Shown: positions 1 to 11,159 of the stretch, one piece after another | Layout: every line of letters starts with the position of its first letter | How positions within the stretch are numbered: position 1 is the first letter of the stretch | NCBI GenBank assembly: GCA_021323375.2 | Contig: JAJPCT020000008.1 | Span: forward strand, 1 to 35,642 | Reading direction: 5' to 3' | Length of the DNA: 35,642 bases | DNA from: Candidatus Wolframiiraptor gerlachensis | GTDB taxonomy: Archaea > Thermoproteota > Nitrososphaeria_A > Caldarchaeales > Wolframiiraptoraceae | The notes under the pieces: generated by a model | Seen by the model: the letters and a program-made list of their open reading frames with translations, nothing else | Databases searched by the model: none | Told to the model about the DNA's origin: nothing | Position numbers and translations under genes: made by a program

Positions 1-911
1 CTTGATCACCTCTTACCGTTACGACTAGGGTTCCGGCAGCTACTGCGAATTTCAGCGACTTTTCCAGGCTGAATCCTTTGAGAATAGATGCTATAAATGT
101 TCCAGCTAGAGCATCTCCCGCCCCTACCGGATCCACAACCGTCACTTGATATCCCTTAGCCTTTATTCTCTCCTTTTTTGAGGCGGCTAAAGCGCCTTTC
201 ACCCCAAGTTTGAAGACCACGATCTCGGCTCCCATCGAAAGGATAGTTTTCTATTGCCTTATCCACGTCTTTCTCCCCTAATAATATCATCGTATCGGCT
301 AGGTCTGTGAAAAGTATGTCAGCCTGCTCCACAAAGGGTAGAAGAGTTTTTGTAGCCTCCTCAGCGTCCTTCCAGAGTGGCGGCCTAATATTGGTATCAA
401 ACGATAGTTTGCATTCATGATTCTTGGCGCATTTTACAGCCTTCTTGGATGTTTTTAGTGCAGATTCGCTTAATGCCGGGGTTATGCCTGTGAGATGGAA
501 GACCCTCGCGTCTGCGAAGTATTCTGAGCTTATGTCTTCTTCGTTGAGCTTGCTCGCAGCTGATCCTCTTCGATAATAAACGACCGAGCTTCTTCCCGGT
601 ATCGGAAAGCCCCTTTGAATGAAGTAGATTCCAGTAGGAGCTGTGGTGTCGAATTTTATCTGAGATACATCTACACCCTCCCCTCTGAGCCAATTATAGA
701 GATATATCCCGAATTCATCGGCACCAAGCCTTGTGATGAAGCCTGAGCTAAGACCTTGTCTTCTTACGCAGACGGTTACATTGGCCTCGGCTCCGGCTGC
801 ATGTTTCTCGAAAAATGTGACATGGCGTAAAGGCCCCGGGGTTACGGCATTAAATTGTACCATTATCTCCCCTAGTCCTATAACATCTGGCAATCTCGGC
901 CACTTCCCCAT
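1..911 (-). CDS. kdgK: PfkB-family sugar kinase (2-keto-3-deoxygluconate kinase-like); one frameshift near 240; 3' end runs off the window
   Basis: N-term GLGEIM...AGAEANV and GADEFG motifs in ORF 156..911. A shifted frame at ~1-240 reads IVVFKLGVKGA...VVDPVGAGDALAGTF, the PfkB C-terminal signature. Confidence 0.8.
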
Positions 912-1063
912 TTATTTACGTGCTCGTTAAACATTAATTAATTTTATCTTGGGATAGCGATTTTATTCGCGCATCCAGCATTACATTCAGATGTGAGACA
1001 TGATTACCACGAATTATCTCAAGCTTTGAAGTTAGTCCATGAAGAAAAATCGCTCCAGATGGC

Positions 1064-2019
1064 TTATAGTCCTAAAACCTCTCTTATGGCTTTATGTGTT
1101 TGATTAAGTGGGTTGGCCGTATTCACAATGTAAATTTCTTCTAGAGAATTAAACAATCTTTTGAAGAAGTTTCTTCTCAGGTTTGACTTCCGCTCGTCTT
1201 TTACAAGCATGTGGGGGTTGCAGAAGTCAACTGCTTCTATGTATCTAGAAGCCTCTTCAGCTGAGAGTTGGTTAAGGATTGACCTGTCTTCTGGATCACG
1301 CTTCAGTAATATAGCTTTTTCAACGTTGTCATGGGCAGGATCTTCCCTTTGCCAACAATCCATCTCACGTTTACCACAGCACGGCCTTTCGAATCAAATT
1401 CAGCCTTTTCCACGAGTCTTTGGTACTCGCCCCAGCTTTCAGCTATGTCAGCTTGTATGTAGAAATTTTTCTCCGAGGCGAACGCGATGGCCTGCTCCTC
1501 CAATAAACGCACGAAAAACCAGTCATCTGATACAACACGTACTCCCTTAATTCTAAGGAGCCCATATGTATGCGTGGTTTTCCCGGTTCCAGATGGGGCG
1601 ATTAAGCATACTCCTTTGCCATCTACATCTACGCATGCGCCATGGACTGAGTTTATCCCGTGACTGTCTTCGAGGATGTCGCTTGCAACGCTTAAGGTGA
1701 CGGATTTCACCCAACCATAATAGTCTATGTTAATTAGGAAAGCTGTTTTAGAGAGCGGCTCATAGAGCACTCTTTGTCCCTCATTTTCATCATTTGTTAC
1801 TATTATTCTTCCATGGGAGCGGACATGCGCTGACATGGGATAGAAGCTTTCCTCCCAGCGCTCTTTCACGTATTTTACGTCTGTCAAGAGCTTGATACAA
1901 CATCCATATATGTCAGCTTTCTCCTCATAGAGAAAGCGATCACTATATTTATCCAGCAACTCATTCCTCTTCTCAATGGAGATGAGTTCAACCTCATATC
2001 TTGATGACAAATACCTCAC
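1064..2019 (-). CDS. HprK/PEPCK-superfamily P-loop kinase-like protein (frameshift near 1315 joins ORFs 1303..2019 and 1064..1363)
   Basis: VHGACV...CLIAPSGTGKTT (His + Walker A) and VVSDDW double-Asp motif. The GTG start overlaps the ATPase stop (GTGA at 2016-2019). Confidence 0.7.
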
Positions 2020-4923
2020 CTCACTATCGTCTTTTCTCTAATCCTAATTATCATTTTTCTAACGAGTTTTCTTAATTCATCGGCGAAGAATACTGTGCTT
2101 GAGACGAGGAATATTGTGCACCAATCCCATATCGAGATTGGAGCGGTGCCTAAAGCAACTCTTAGCGGGGGCAATAGCGTAGCTGAAACCTGTAGAGTAA
2201 TAGAGGCTGCTATTGCTATGATTAGATATTTGTTGGTGAAGAATCCCAGCTCGAAGGCTGATTTTGTGCTTGACCTGCAGTTTATCGCATTAAATACTTG
2301 AAACATCGCCATTGTTGTGAATGCTAAGGTTTGTGCTCTAACGATGTCTCCATTATTCCATTCTTTTATGAACATGTATAGCGTTCCAATCATCATGAAT
2401 ATTGACACGTACATTATGCCGAACAGAACATCTAGGTTAATTATTTTCTCCTTGGGTTTTCTCGGAGGTTTATCCATCACATCTTCCTCTTTTGGCTCCA
2501 TGGCCAAGGGCACCACGAGAAGGCCATCTGTTACAAGGTTCACCCACAATATCTGAATAGGCTTGAAAAGTAATGGGAGCTGTGGGAAGAAAATTAACGC
2601 GGTCAATATTGTTAAGATTTCTCCCGCGTTTGTGGAGAGCAAGTATTTCACAACCTTCCTAATATTCTCGAATATTACACGGCCCTCTTCAACAGCGTTA
2701 ACGATACTTGCAAAATTGTCATCTGCGATAACCATATCTGCTGCTTCTTTCGCGACATCGGTGCCCGTAATGCCCATAGCTACACCTACTTCAGCTGCTT
2801 TCAGAGCTGGTGCATCATTTACACCATCACCAGTCACGGCTACAACATGTCCTTTACGTCTAAGAGATTCGACTATCCGATATTTATGAACTGGAGATGC
2901 TCGGGCAAAGACTGGGACATTCTCTATAATGGTATCTAATTCGTCATCATTCATATGATCCAGCTCCGTCCCAGTTAAAACTTTTGAACCCGGCTCCATG
3001 ATCCCAAGCTCTCTGGCAATAGCTTCTGCTGTTAACTTATGATCCCCCGTCGCCATGATAACTTTGATTCCAGCCTTTTTGCAAAGTTTTATCGCCTGCT
3101 TCGCCTCAGGTCTTGGTGGGTCGATCATTCCCGTAAGGCCTACAAAAACCAGTTTGGCGAGTTTTTGTTTGAGATGTTCTTTGAATGTTTCAAGATTGTC
3201 TGGCTCTATGATTTTATATGCCATGGCGAGTACTCTGAGCCCTTCACTGGCCATTTCTGCGCTAATTTTGAGAATCTCTTCCTTTTCTTTAGGAGACAGC
3301 TTTCTCGTCTCATCATCTAGTAGAATATGTGAACACATTTCCAGAATTGTTTCAGGTGCTCCTTTCACGTATACTCTTAAATTCCCATCGGGGGATTTAT
3401 GAAACGTGGCCATATATCGCTCCTTCGGATCAAATGGGATCTCATCTATGCGTGGCAACTGCGTCTCTAGCGTCTCTTTATTTAGGCCTGCTTTTTCTGC
3501 AGCAACCACCAGCGCGCCTTCTGTTGGATCTCCATATACCTCCCAGCGATATCCACCATTCACCTCATGCTGCCTGAGCCTAGCATCATTGCAGAGTGCG
3601 GCAATTTCAAGTAAGAGATGGAGAGCCTTATCCTCTTTAGGGTCTATCGTAACATCATCTACCATCATCTACTTTAAATGAGCCTTCTGGAGCAAAACCA
3701 ACACCGGTTACCTCGATCATTTTACCGTTTACGAATATTTTTCGAACCGTTTGTTGATTGGTTGTCAAGGTTCCCGTCTTATCTGTGACAATCGCTGTAA
3801 CTGATCCTAGAGTGTCTATTGCTGGTAGCTTCCGTATGATGGCGTTGCGTTTCGCCATTCTACTAACTCCAACGGCTAAGGTTATTGTCAAGACCGCGGG
3901 TAGTCCTTCTGGTATGGCTGAGACCATGATTGCTAATGTGAAGAGTAATGTCTCGTAAAACTCAAACCCACGGATAAAGACGCCAGTGAGCAACACAAAG
4001 CTGCCACCACCTAGCGCGAAAAGACCTAATTTCTTAGTCAGATCTTTCGCGCGTTTTTCATATGGAGTTTCAACTCTCTCAGCTTCCTTTATAAGTTTAG
4101 CGATCTTGCCCATTTCTGTTCTCATTCCTGTGGCAACAACAACAGCTTTACCTCTCCCTCGAGTTACCATTGTCCCTGCGAATGCCATGTTCTTCCTTTC
4201 TGCTACAGGTAGATCCTCATCAAGAGGTTCGACGATTTTCCTTACTGGAGTTGATTCACCAGTTAACATTGATTCATCAATTTCGAGATTTATCGCTTCA
4301 AAGATGCGGGCATCGGCTGGAACCTTATCGCCAGCTTCTAGGAGAATTATGTCTCCTGGGACTATTTCCCTTGCCTTGACACGCATTTCGATACATGTGC
4401 CTTTTTCGGGGCATGATCGAATGACCTCTGCCTCTGGAGCCGCCAATGACTTTAGAGCTTGAAGAGCGGCTTCAGCCTTGTACCCTTGAATAAATCCTAC
4501 AGTCGTGTTTATGGCTATTACAGCAATTATCACGATGACGTCGATTAATTTGCCGGCAAAATAGGCAATAAGTGCTGCCGCATAAAGCACAAATAGCAGA
4601 GGGCTCTTAAGCTGATCAAGCAGTAGAGCTAGCTTTCCTAACCCCCTTTCTTCCTCTAACTCGTTCGGCCCATACTCTTTCAACCTTTTCTCCGCTTCAT
4701 CAATCGTTAATCCACGTTCACTGGTTTTAAGGATCCTGAATACTTCTTCGATGGGTAGTGCATGCCAGCTAATTTCTTCCTGTCTCCCTTCCTTTGCCGA
4801 AGACAATTCCTTTTCTTTCAACATTTTGGTTTTTAAAAGCTTTTTTTGGATTCTCATTAGCGTCCCGGAATTCTGTTTTAGCATGTCTTCCGAGCCTTCC
4901 CGGCTTAGTTGCTTCTTAATCAT
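2016..4923 (-). CDS. P-type IIA (Ca2+/SERCA-like) cation-transporting ATPase, split by one frameshift near 3670
   Basis: TGES, AIPEGLP, DKTGTLT, KGAPE, TGD, GDGVNDAPALK, TM5 STNAGE and TM6 WVNLVTDG motifs spread across ORFs 3655..4923 and 2016..3668. Confidence 0.92.
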
Positions 4924-5002
4924 GACGCTTAGGGGGGTTGCTGTGCCATGAGTATCTTTTAAGGTTTATCACTTCCGGTATACTGTGTTATGTTGAATCC
5001 TG

Positions 5003-6550
5003 ATGGGTAGAGGGTTAAGAGTTGTCGTCGTGGATTTCGGGGGTCAGTATACCCATCTTATCGCGAGGAGATGTAGGGAGCTTGGGGTCTACTCGGAGAT
5101 CGTTGAGCCTGAGAATATTGTCGCCGAGCTTGAGAAGGGTGATGTTGGCGGCGTGATACTCTCGGGTGGCCCTATGAGCGCTTATGAGCCCGGCTCTCCG
5201 ACCGTGAACCTTGATGCGATAATCTCAAGGGGCCTCCCGGTGCTCGGCATCTGCTATGGCCATCAGCTGATCGCCAGGCTTCTCGGTGGGAAGGTCTCGC
5301 GAGGGAGGTTCGGTGAGTATGGCAGAACCCCCATCGAGATCCTAGAATATGATGATCTGTTGGAGGGCTTGCCGAGGAGGCTTAATGCCTGGATGAGTCA
5401 TGGAGACTTCGTTGTGGAGCCTCCGCACGGCTTCAGGGTCACGAGCATGAGCGAGGGCGGTGTGATAACCTCTATGAGTGATAGGGCTAGAAGGATATAC
5501 TCCCTCCAATTTCACCCGGAGGTTGTTCACACGGAGCATGGTATGAGAATTCTCGAGAACTTTCTTAGGAGGATATGTGGAATAGAGCCTTGGTGGAGTC
5601 CCGGGGACATGATCGGCGAGCTCGTCAACGAGATAAGGAGGACTGTTTCCGAGGATGAGAGGGTTATCTGCGCGGTTAGCGGCGGTGTCGACTCCATGAC
5701 GACAGCGGTCCTCGTCTCAAAGGCTGTTGGGGATAGGCTATACTGTATCTTCGTGGACCACGGCCTCCTGAGAAAGGGCGAGAGGGAAAATGTTGAAAAT
5801 AGCTTGAGGGGGCTCGGCGTCAAGAATCTTATAGTGGTTGATGCGAGGAGGAGGTTTCTGGAGAGGCTTAGAGGGGTCTCAGACCCGGAGGAGAAGAGGA
5901 GGATCATAGGCGAGGAGTTCATAAGGGTCTTCGAGGAAGAGGCCTCCAAGATCCCGGGCGTCAGGTGGCTTGCTCAGGGGACGATCTACCCGGATAGGAT
6001 TGAGAGTGGTAGGGCGAGCAGGGCGGCAGCGCTTATCAAGAGCCATCATAATGTCGGCGGGCTGCCCGAGAGGATGAACCTCAAGCTCCTCGAGCCGTTG
6101 AGGGACTTCTATAAGGATGAGGTCCGGGAGATTGCGAGGAGGCTCGGCCTCCCCGATGAGATCGTGAAGAGGCATCCATTCCCGGGCCCAGGCCTAGCTG
6201 TCAGGATCTTGGGCGAGGTGACCGAGGAGAAGCTCGAGATATGTAGAGAGGCTAACGCGATACTCGAGGAGGAGCTGAGGAGGAGCGGGCTATATGATAA
6301 GGTCTGGCAGGCCTTCGCCGCCGTCTGTAATGATAAGTGGGTTGGGGTGATGGGCGATAGGAGGGTTGAGGGATACATCGTGATTATCAGGATTGTTGAG
6401 AGCGTTGATGGGATGACCGCCGACTGGCATAGGATAGATCATGAGCTTCTTGAGAGGATCTCGAGCAGAATAACGCGGGAGGTACCCGGGGTTACGATGG
6501 TCGCCTACGCGGCGACACCGAAGCCGCCCTCAACAATAGAGCCGTGCTGA
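5003..6550 (+). CDS. guaA: GMP synthase (glutamine-hydrolysing), fused GATase + ATP-PPase
   Basis: DFGGQY, GICYGHQ, QFHPEV, SGGVDS, KSHHNVGGLP and RHPFPGPGL motifs. Confidence 0.97.
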   Translation: MGRGLRVVVVDFGGQYTHLIARRCRELGVYSEIVEPENIVAELEKGDVGGVILSGGPMSAYEPGSPTVNLDAIISRGLPVLGICYGHQLIARLLGGKVSRGRFGEYGRTPIEILEYDDLLEGLPRRLNAWMSHGDFVVEPPHGFRVTSMSEGGVITSMSDRARRIYSLQFHPEVVHTEHGMRILENFLRRICGIEPWWSPGDMIGELVNEIRRTVSEDERVICAVSGGVDSMTTAVLVSKAVGDRLYCIFVDHGLLRKGERENVENSLRGLGVKNLIVVDARRRFLERLRGVSDPEEKRRIIGEEFIRVFEEEASKIPGVRWLAQGTIYPDRIESGRASRAAALIKSHHNVGGLPERMNLKLLEPLRDFYKDEVREIARRLGLPDEIVKRHPFPGPGLAVRILGEVTEEKLEICREANAILEEELRRSGLYDKVWQAFAAVCNDKWVGVMGDRRVEGYIVIIRIVESVDGMTADWHRIDHELLERISSRITREVPGVTMVAYAATPKPPSTIEPC

Positions 6551-6567
6551 GGATAATCCAAGGCTCC

Positions 6568-7221
6568 TCATGGATCATCGAGGAGCTTGAGCTTCTCCCT
6601 CAGTTCTAGGACATCTCGGATGATGAAGTCCGGCTCCCCCCGAGGCTTCTCGGCCACTAGGGCTGTCCTCATACCCAGCCTCTTCGCGGGCTCAAGTTCA
6701 ACCCTCCATCTATCCCCAATATAGAGGATCTCCTCGGGTCTCAGCCCCAGCGCCTCGACTATCTTTAAATATCCTTCCCGCATGGGCTTGGGCTCCGCGT
6801 CATCACATGTCACGATTGCGTCGAAGATGCCTGGTGGTATTCCGAGGGCTCTTAGAACCTTCTCGGCAAGAGCCCTGCTGGCATTCGTGTGGCAGGCTAG
6901 CTTGAGACCCCTCATCCTCAACTCCTCGAGAAGCTTAAGGAGCTCAGGTCTCGCGGCGATGAACCTCTCCGGGTCCAGCTTCTCAACAAGCCTCCCGTAG
7001 AACTCCGACCTCTCCACGCCCAGGGACTCCAAGCCGAGCGTTATGCTTCCATATCTCGCCCTCAAATCTTGGAGGAGCTTAAAGGCGTCATGCTCACTTA
7101 TCGAGAAGAGCTCGGCTAAGGTCTTAACAATCCCTTTCATGAGGTGCCTCGTGTAATCCTCTGAAGTGTAGAGCGTCCCATCTAGGTCAAAGATCAGCGC
7201 TCTTATCCTCAAGGAGCTCAC
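6568..7221 (-). CDS. HAD-superfamily hydrolase
   Basis: Motif I FDLDGTL, motif II TNA, KP, and IGD motif. Confidence 0.88.
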   Translation of the reverse strand: MSSLRIRALIFDLDGTLYTSEDYTRHLMKGIVKTLAELFSISEHDAFKLLQDLRARYGSITLGLESLGVERSEFYGRLVEKLDPERFIAARPELLKLLEELRMRGLKLACHTNASRALAEKVLRALGIPPGIFDAIVTCDDAEPKPMREGYLKIVEALGLRPEEILYIGDRWRVELEPAKRLGMRTALVAEKPRGEPDFIIRDVLELREKLKLLDDP

Positions 7222-7361
7222 CTTTGACGAGGCGAAAAATCCCCCATAAATACCTGAGTGGGGAGCCGCTGGAGGATGTGTCCTTATTTTCCATACCTTC
7301 GGCTATATGAGGGTCTTAAGATAATCCTTTTTAGGAGCAACCCTTTTTAAGACGATTTAGG

Positions 7362-7634
7362 GTGGAAAAACCCCTGTCGGAGGGGACTATGGAGAAGGAT
7401 AAACACATAAGACATCATCTGAAGTGTTGTAGCCCCGAGACCATGATAAGCCTGTTGATTGGAGATTCCGGGGAGGTAGCATCAGAGTATGGCGGCGTAG
7501 TCGTCAAGGTTCTGGACCCGCGCAGATTTCCATGGGAGCAGGTGTTTAGGACCTTACTGAAGCTGAATCATGAGATATACGTGGAACAGCAGGATGATTC
7601 GCTTGTGATAATCTCTAAGCCGAAAGTTGATTAA
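7362..7634 (+). CDS. Small hypothetical protein (start may be the ATG near 7389)
   Basis: Host-like codon usage; first gene of a plus-strand transporter cluster; no recognisable motif. Confidence 0.6.
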   Translation: MEKPLSEGTMEKDKHIRHHLKCCSPETMISLLIGDSGEVASEYGGVVVKVLDPRRFPWEQVFRTLLKLNHEIYVEQQDDSLVIISKPKVD

Positions 7635-7709
7635 GGGGTTAAGCCTAGAGCTGGCTCCACGATCATCAGCTTCGTCCTAATATTTAATAGCTGACAGCGC
7701 TTAAATCGC

Positions 7710-9095
7710 TTGACTATGAGGAGGTCTCTCGCCTACTTGGCGACGATCATCATTATCATGCTCTTCTCGCGTATCGCCGGCTTTAATCCCGCTCAATCCC
7801 TCTCCCTCACAGTCTTCCTCTCGATAATCGCCGGCGCGATAATGTTCTGGAGATTCAGGGTAGCCTTCGCCCTAGGAGGTGTGGCGATGCTCTTCGCGGC
7901 CGGCTTACTGGATCTCGAGCACTTCATGCAATATGCCAACCTCGATGTCGTGATTTTTCTGATATGCATGATGATAGTCATAGGCTTCTTAGAGGAGAGG
8001 AGGTTCTTCGAGGTTCTGGTGGATAGGTTGATGCGGTATTCGGGGAATAAGGCCCATATGACCATATTTCTGCTCATGGTTCTCTCGGCTCTGTTCGCGG
8101 CAATGGTTGACGAGGTCACATCCATACTCTTCATGATGGGCATAGCAATAAACATAGCCTCAAGGCTTGAGGTCCCGCTCATACCGCTAATGCTTATGAC
8201 CGTGTTCGCGACGAATATAGGCAGCAGCGCGACCGTGATCGGAAACCCCGTCGGGGTCATGATAGCCTTCGCATCAGGATATGGTTTCTTGGACTTCCTT
8301 AGGTGGTCAACGCCGCTAGCCATCCTAGCCCTGTTTGTGATCACGGGACTCATGATGATCTACTTCAAGCCATACCTAGATGAGGTTGACGAGAAGATGA
8401 GGAGAATGGTCCTGGCCGCGGAGCCGGATGGATCGGATGCTGTTTGCCGGAGGATCGACCCGATCGCCCTAGTCTTCTTCATCGGTGTTATAGGCGGCTT
8501 GATTTTTCACACTCAACTTGAGTATGTTCTTCATCTACCGAAGAACACCATGCTTTTGGGAGTGCCGATGATCGGCGCTGCTATCGCGCTCCTGATTGAG
8601 AATGTGAGGGCTAGGGAGATCGTGGAGAGAAGGGTTGACTGGTGGACTATACTCTTCTTCCTCCTATTCTTCACATCCGTCGGCACGCTAAAGTTTACGG
8701 GGGTGACCACTGTCCTCGCCCAATACATGATGCCTCTCGCGAGCCTCGATCCAATAATTTTCCTGCTCGTCGTCGGATATGTTGTTGGAATGCTCTCGGC
8801 ATTCATGGATAACATACTCGCGGTCGCGCTCTGGATAGCTATACTGCAGGAGATGGCGAGCCTCGGAGTCGATGTTGCGCCATTATGGTGGGCGGTCCTG
8901 CTCGGCTCAACCTACCTAGGCAACCTGACGATAATAGGCAGCACGGCTAACATCGTGGCTGTCGGGATGGTTGAGAAGCAGAGGCTCGGCCACATAACAC
9001 TAAAGGAGTGGATTAAAGCCGGCGCCCTCGCCTCCTTCCCACCACTAACACTCGGCCTGCTACTGCTCGCACTACAGATGCCATTAATGACTTGA
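7710..9095 (+). CDS. ArsB/NhaD/SLC13-type ion/anion permease
   Basis: Many TM segments; repeated motifs SALFAAMVDEVT / TNIGSSATVIGNP and SAFMDN / GNLTIIGSTAN. Confidence 0.85.
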   Translation: MTMRRSLAYLATIIIIMLFSRIAGFNPAQSLSLTVFLSIIAGAIMFWRFRVAFALGGVAMLFAAGLLDLEHFMQYANLDVVIFLICMMIVIGFLEERRFFEVLVDRLMRYSGNKAHMTIFLLMVLSALFAAMVDEVTSILFMMGIAINIASRLEVPLIPLMLMTVFATNIGSSATVIGNPVGVMIAFASGYGFLDFLRWSTPLAILALFVITGLMMIYFKPYLDEVDEKMRRMVLAAEPDGSDAVCRRIDPIALVFFIGVIGGLIFHTQLEYVLHLPKNTMLLGVPMIGAAIALLIENVRAREIVERRVDWWTILFFLLFFTSVGTLKFTGVTTVLAQYMMPLASLDPIIFLLVVGYVVGMLSAFMDNILAVALWIAILQEMASLGVDVAPLWWAVLLGSTYLGNLTIIGSTANIVAVGMVEKQRLGHITLKEWIKAGALASFPPLTLGLLLLALQMPLMT

Positions 9096-9189
9096 AAAAG
9101 GCGGAGATCATCGAGATCATCCGCTTGGCGCGAGCCCCTGATCGTGGAAAATACTCAAATAAGCTCTAGGTTGCTGGATTCTCGAGATA

Positions 9190-10416
9190 ATGTCTCTTGA
9201 GCCGGCCTTGACGGCGAGCTCCATGGATCCGGTTCTCAGGGCCATTGTCACGATTGGTGTTCTAGTCTTCTTCGCGAAGATTTTCGCGAGCATGTTCTCG
9301 AGCATCAGGCTTCCACCCGTCATCGGCGAGCTCTTGGCGGGAATTATTTTCAGCCCCTACGCCTTGGGAGGCGGGATAATAGTCTTCGGCGAGCCGATAG
9401 TCGTCTTAAATGATTACGTGGAGGCATTCGCCGAGATAGGCGCGATCATGCTCCTCTTCTCGATGGGGCTCGAGATGGGGTTAACGAGCTTGAGGGGGAC
9501 CGGCATGTGGGCGGTACTCGTCGCCACGCTAGGGGCGGTGATCCCCTTCATCGCCGGATACGAGTTCTATACCCTGTGCGGGCTACCCCAGACATCAGCC
9601 CTCTTCATAGGCGCGATAATGGTTGCCACGAGCCTGGCAATAAGCTCCAAGGTGCTAGAGAACCTTAATCTCCTAGCAACCGAGGAGGGAATGCTTCTAG
9701 TTAATGCCGCCGTGATAGATGACGTGCTAGGGATAGCCATCCTCACGATCATAACAGCGGTAATCGTCCATGGCACCATAAGCCCCTATGAAGCTGCCAA
9801 GATCGTGGTCGCCTTCTTCTCTATCTGGTTCGCGATGGTGGGGTTCGGCGCATACTTCCTGCCGAGGATTATGGAGAGGGCCATGTCTCTTGGGGTTGAG
9901 GGCGCCGTCGAGGCCGCTGCCGTGGCCTCAGCATTCATCCTCGCGGCCATCGCTGGAGGGCTGGGATTATCCCCGATAATCGGGGCTTATGCCGCGGGGA
10001 TGGCCATAGCCGAGTCGAGGGCGCTCCAGCATGTAAAGGACTTCACGCGGCACGTAAACACCGTCTTTAGCCCGATATTCTTCACGGTTGTCGGAGCCCG
10101 GATGAACTTGGGGATAATCACGGATCAGATTATCATCGGGATACTGGTAATGGCTGCCCTAGCCATTGTGAGCAAGTTTACTGGAGGGTTTGCCGGCGCG
10201 ATGCTGAGGCTTAGAAGCTGGCTGAAGAGCGCCCGAGTCGGCGTGGGAATGATCCCGAGGGGAGAGCTTGGGCTCATAATAGCCAGCCTTGCCCTCAACA
10301 AGGGCGTAATAGGCCAGGACCTCTATGCCCAGGCCGTCTGGATGGTGGCCCTAACCTCGATAATCGCCCCAATCATACTCTCGAGAATGTATCGCGTGGA
10401 GGCTGGGGAAGGCTAG
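9190..10416 (+). CDS. CPA2-family cation:proton antiporter (KefB/NapA-like)
   Basis: PPVIGELLAG, ATSLAIS, AAVIDD and GMIPRGE motifs. Confidence 0.9.
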   Translation: MSLEPALTASSMDPVLRAIVTIGVLVFFAKIFASMFSSIRLPPVIGELLAGIIFSPYALGGGIIVFGEPIVVLNDYVEAFAEIGAIMLLFSMGLEMGLTSLRGTGMWAVLVATLGAVIPFIAGYEFYTLCGLPQTSALFIGAIMVATSLAISSKVLENLNLLATEEGMLLVNAAVIDDVLGIAILTIITAVIVHGTISPYEAAKIVVAFFSIWFAMVGFGAYFLPRIMERAMSLGVEGAVEAAAVASAFILAAIAGGLGLSPIIGAYAAGMAIAESRALQHVKDFTRHVNTVFSPIFFTVVGARMNLGIITDQIIIGILVMAALAIVSKFTGGFAGAMLRLRSWLKSARVGVGMIPRGELGLIIASLALNKGVIGQDLYAQAVWMVALTSIIAPIILSRMYRVEAGEG

Positions 10417-10514
10417 GGCCATGGACCTCGGATTACCGAACTTCAGCCCCGAAGAGCCGGGCTGCCGGGCGGCTGGCGCTGCATAAGTTAATATTCGAGA
10501 TCAATTGCTTTGCG

Positions 10515-10922
10515 TTGAAAGAAATGGCGTGGTGCCACCTCCTAGTAGACCTCTATGGCTGCAACGTGGATAGCCTGAATAATAAGGAGTTGCTGGAGAA
10601 GGCTCTCAGGGATCTCTCGGATATCATGGGTCTCCGGATAATCCTCGGCCCCATACTCGTCCACTATGCTGGCAAGGAGGGGAGTCCGAGCGGCGAGGGC
10701 TACTCGGGATTCGTCGTAGTAGCGGAGAGCCATGTCTCGATCCATACGGATATCAGGACCGGCTACGCCTCGATAGACGTCTACTCCTGCAAGGAGTTCG
10801 ATGTCCAGCGCATCGAAGAGTATCTGAGCCAGGTCTTCGAACCCGCCGAGATTGAGAAGCAGCTCATATTGAGGGGATTAATGCTGGAAAAGGCCAAAAG
10901 CGCGGCAGCGGAGCGCGCTTAA
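10515..10922 (+). CDS. speD: Pyruvoyl-dependent S-adenosylmethionine (or arginine) decarboxylase proenzyme
   Basis: HLLVDLYGC N-terminus, GYSGFVVVAESHVSIHT self-cleavage motif (E-SH) and DVYSC. Confidence 0.82.
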   Translation: MKEMAWCHLLVDLYGCNVDSLNNKELLEKALRDLSDIMGLRIILGPILVHYAGKEGSPSGEGYSGFVVVAESHVSIHTDIRTGYASIDVYSCKEFDVQRIEEYLSQVFEPAEIEKQLILRGLMLEKAKSAAAERA

Positions 10923-10989
10923 AACACTATTTTTCCTCTTTCTCATTCTCAAGCCTCCTCTTTTTATCCCACACAAGCCTCTATCCTCC

Positions 10990-11127
10990 ATGGCCAGGTA
11001 TTTTCTCAGGTGTAGGATATGTGGAGAGAGCTTTGAGAGCTATGAGGAGTACGCGGATCACGTTTTCTCAAGGCATCCAGAGGCTCTCTGGGCGAGGTTC
11101 AAGCCCGAGATAATCAGGAGAGAGTAG
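10990..11127 (+). CDS. 45-aa C2H2 zinc-finger protein (not in ORF track)
   Basis: Manual translation MARYFLRCRICGESFESYEEYADHVFSRHPEALWARFKPEIIRRE*, with a C-x2-C-x3-F-x8-H-x4-H pattern. Confidence 0.8.
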   Translation: MARYFLRCRICGESFESYEEYADHVFSRHPEALWARFKPEIIRRE

Positions 11128-11159
11128 TTATATCCCGGCGCGCTGATAAGCCTTAGAGG

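Noticed and set aside
3655-3681. Programmed frameshift or naturally split P-type ATPase
   Set aside because: Neighbouring genes also have single indels in short homopolymers, so sequencing error is simpler.
10425-10480. GC-rich hairpins upstream of the SpeD-like gene (riboswitch-like)
   Set aside because: Short stems lying upstream of the apparent TATA box, with no match to an aptamer I recognise; at most a terminator.
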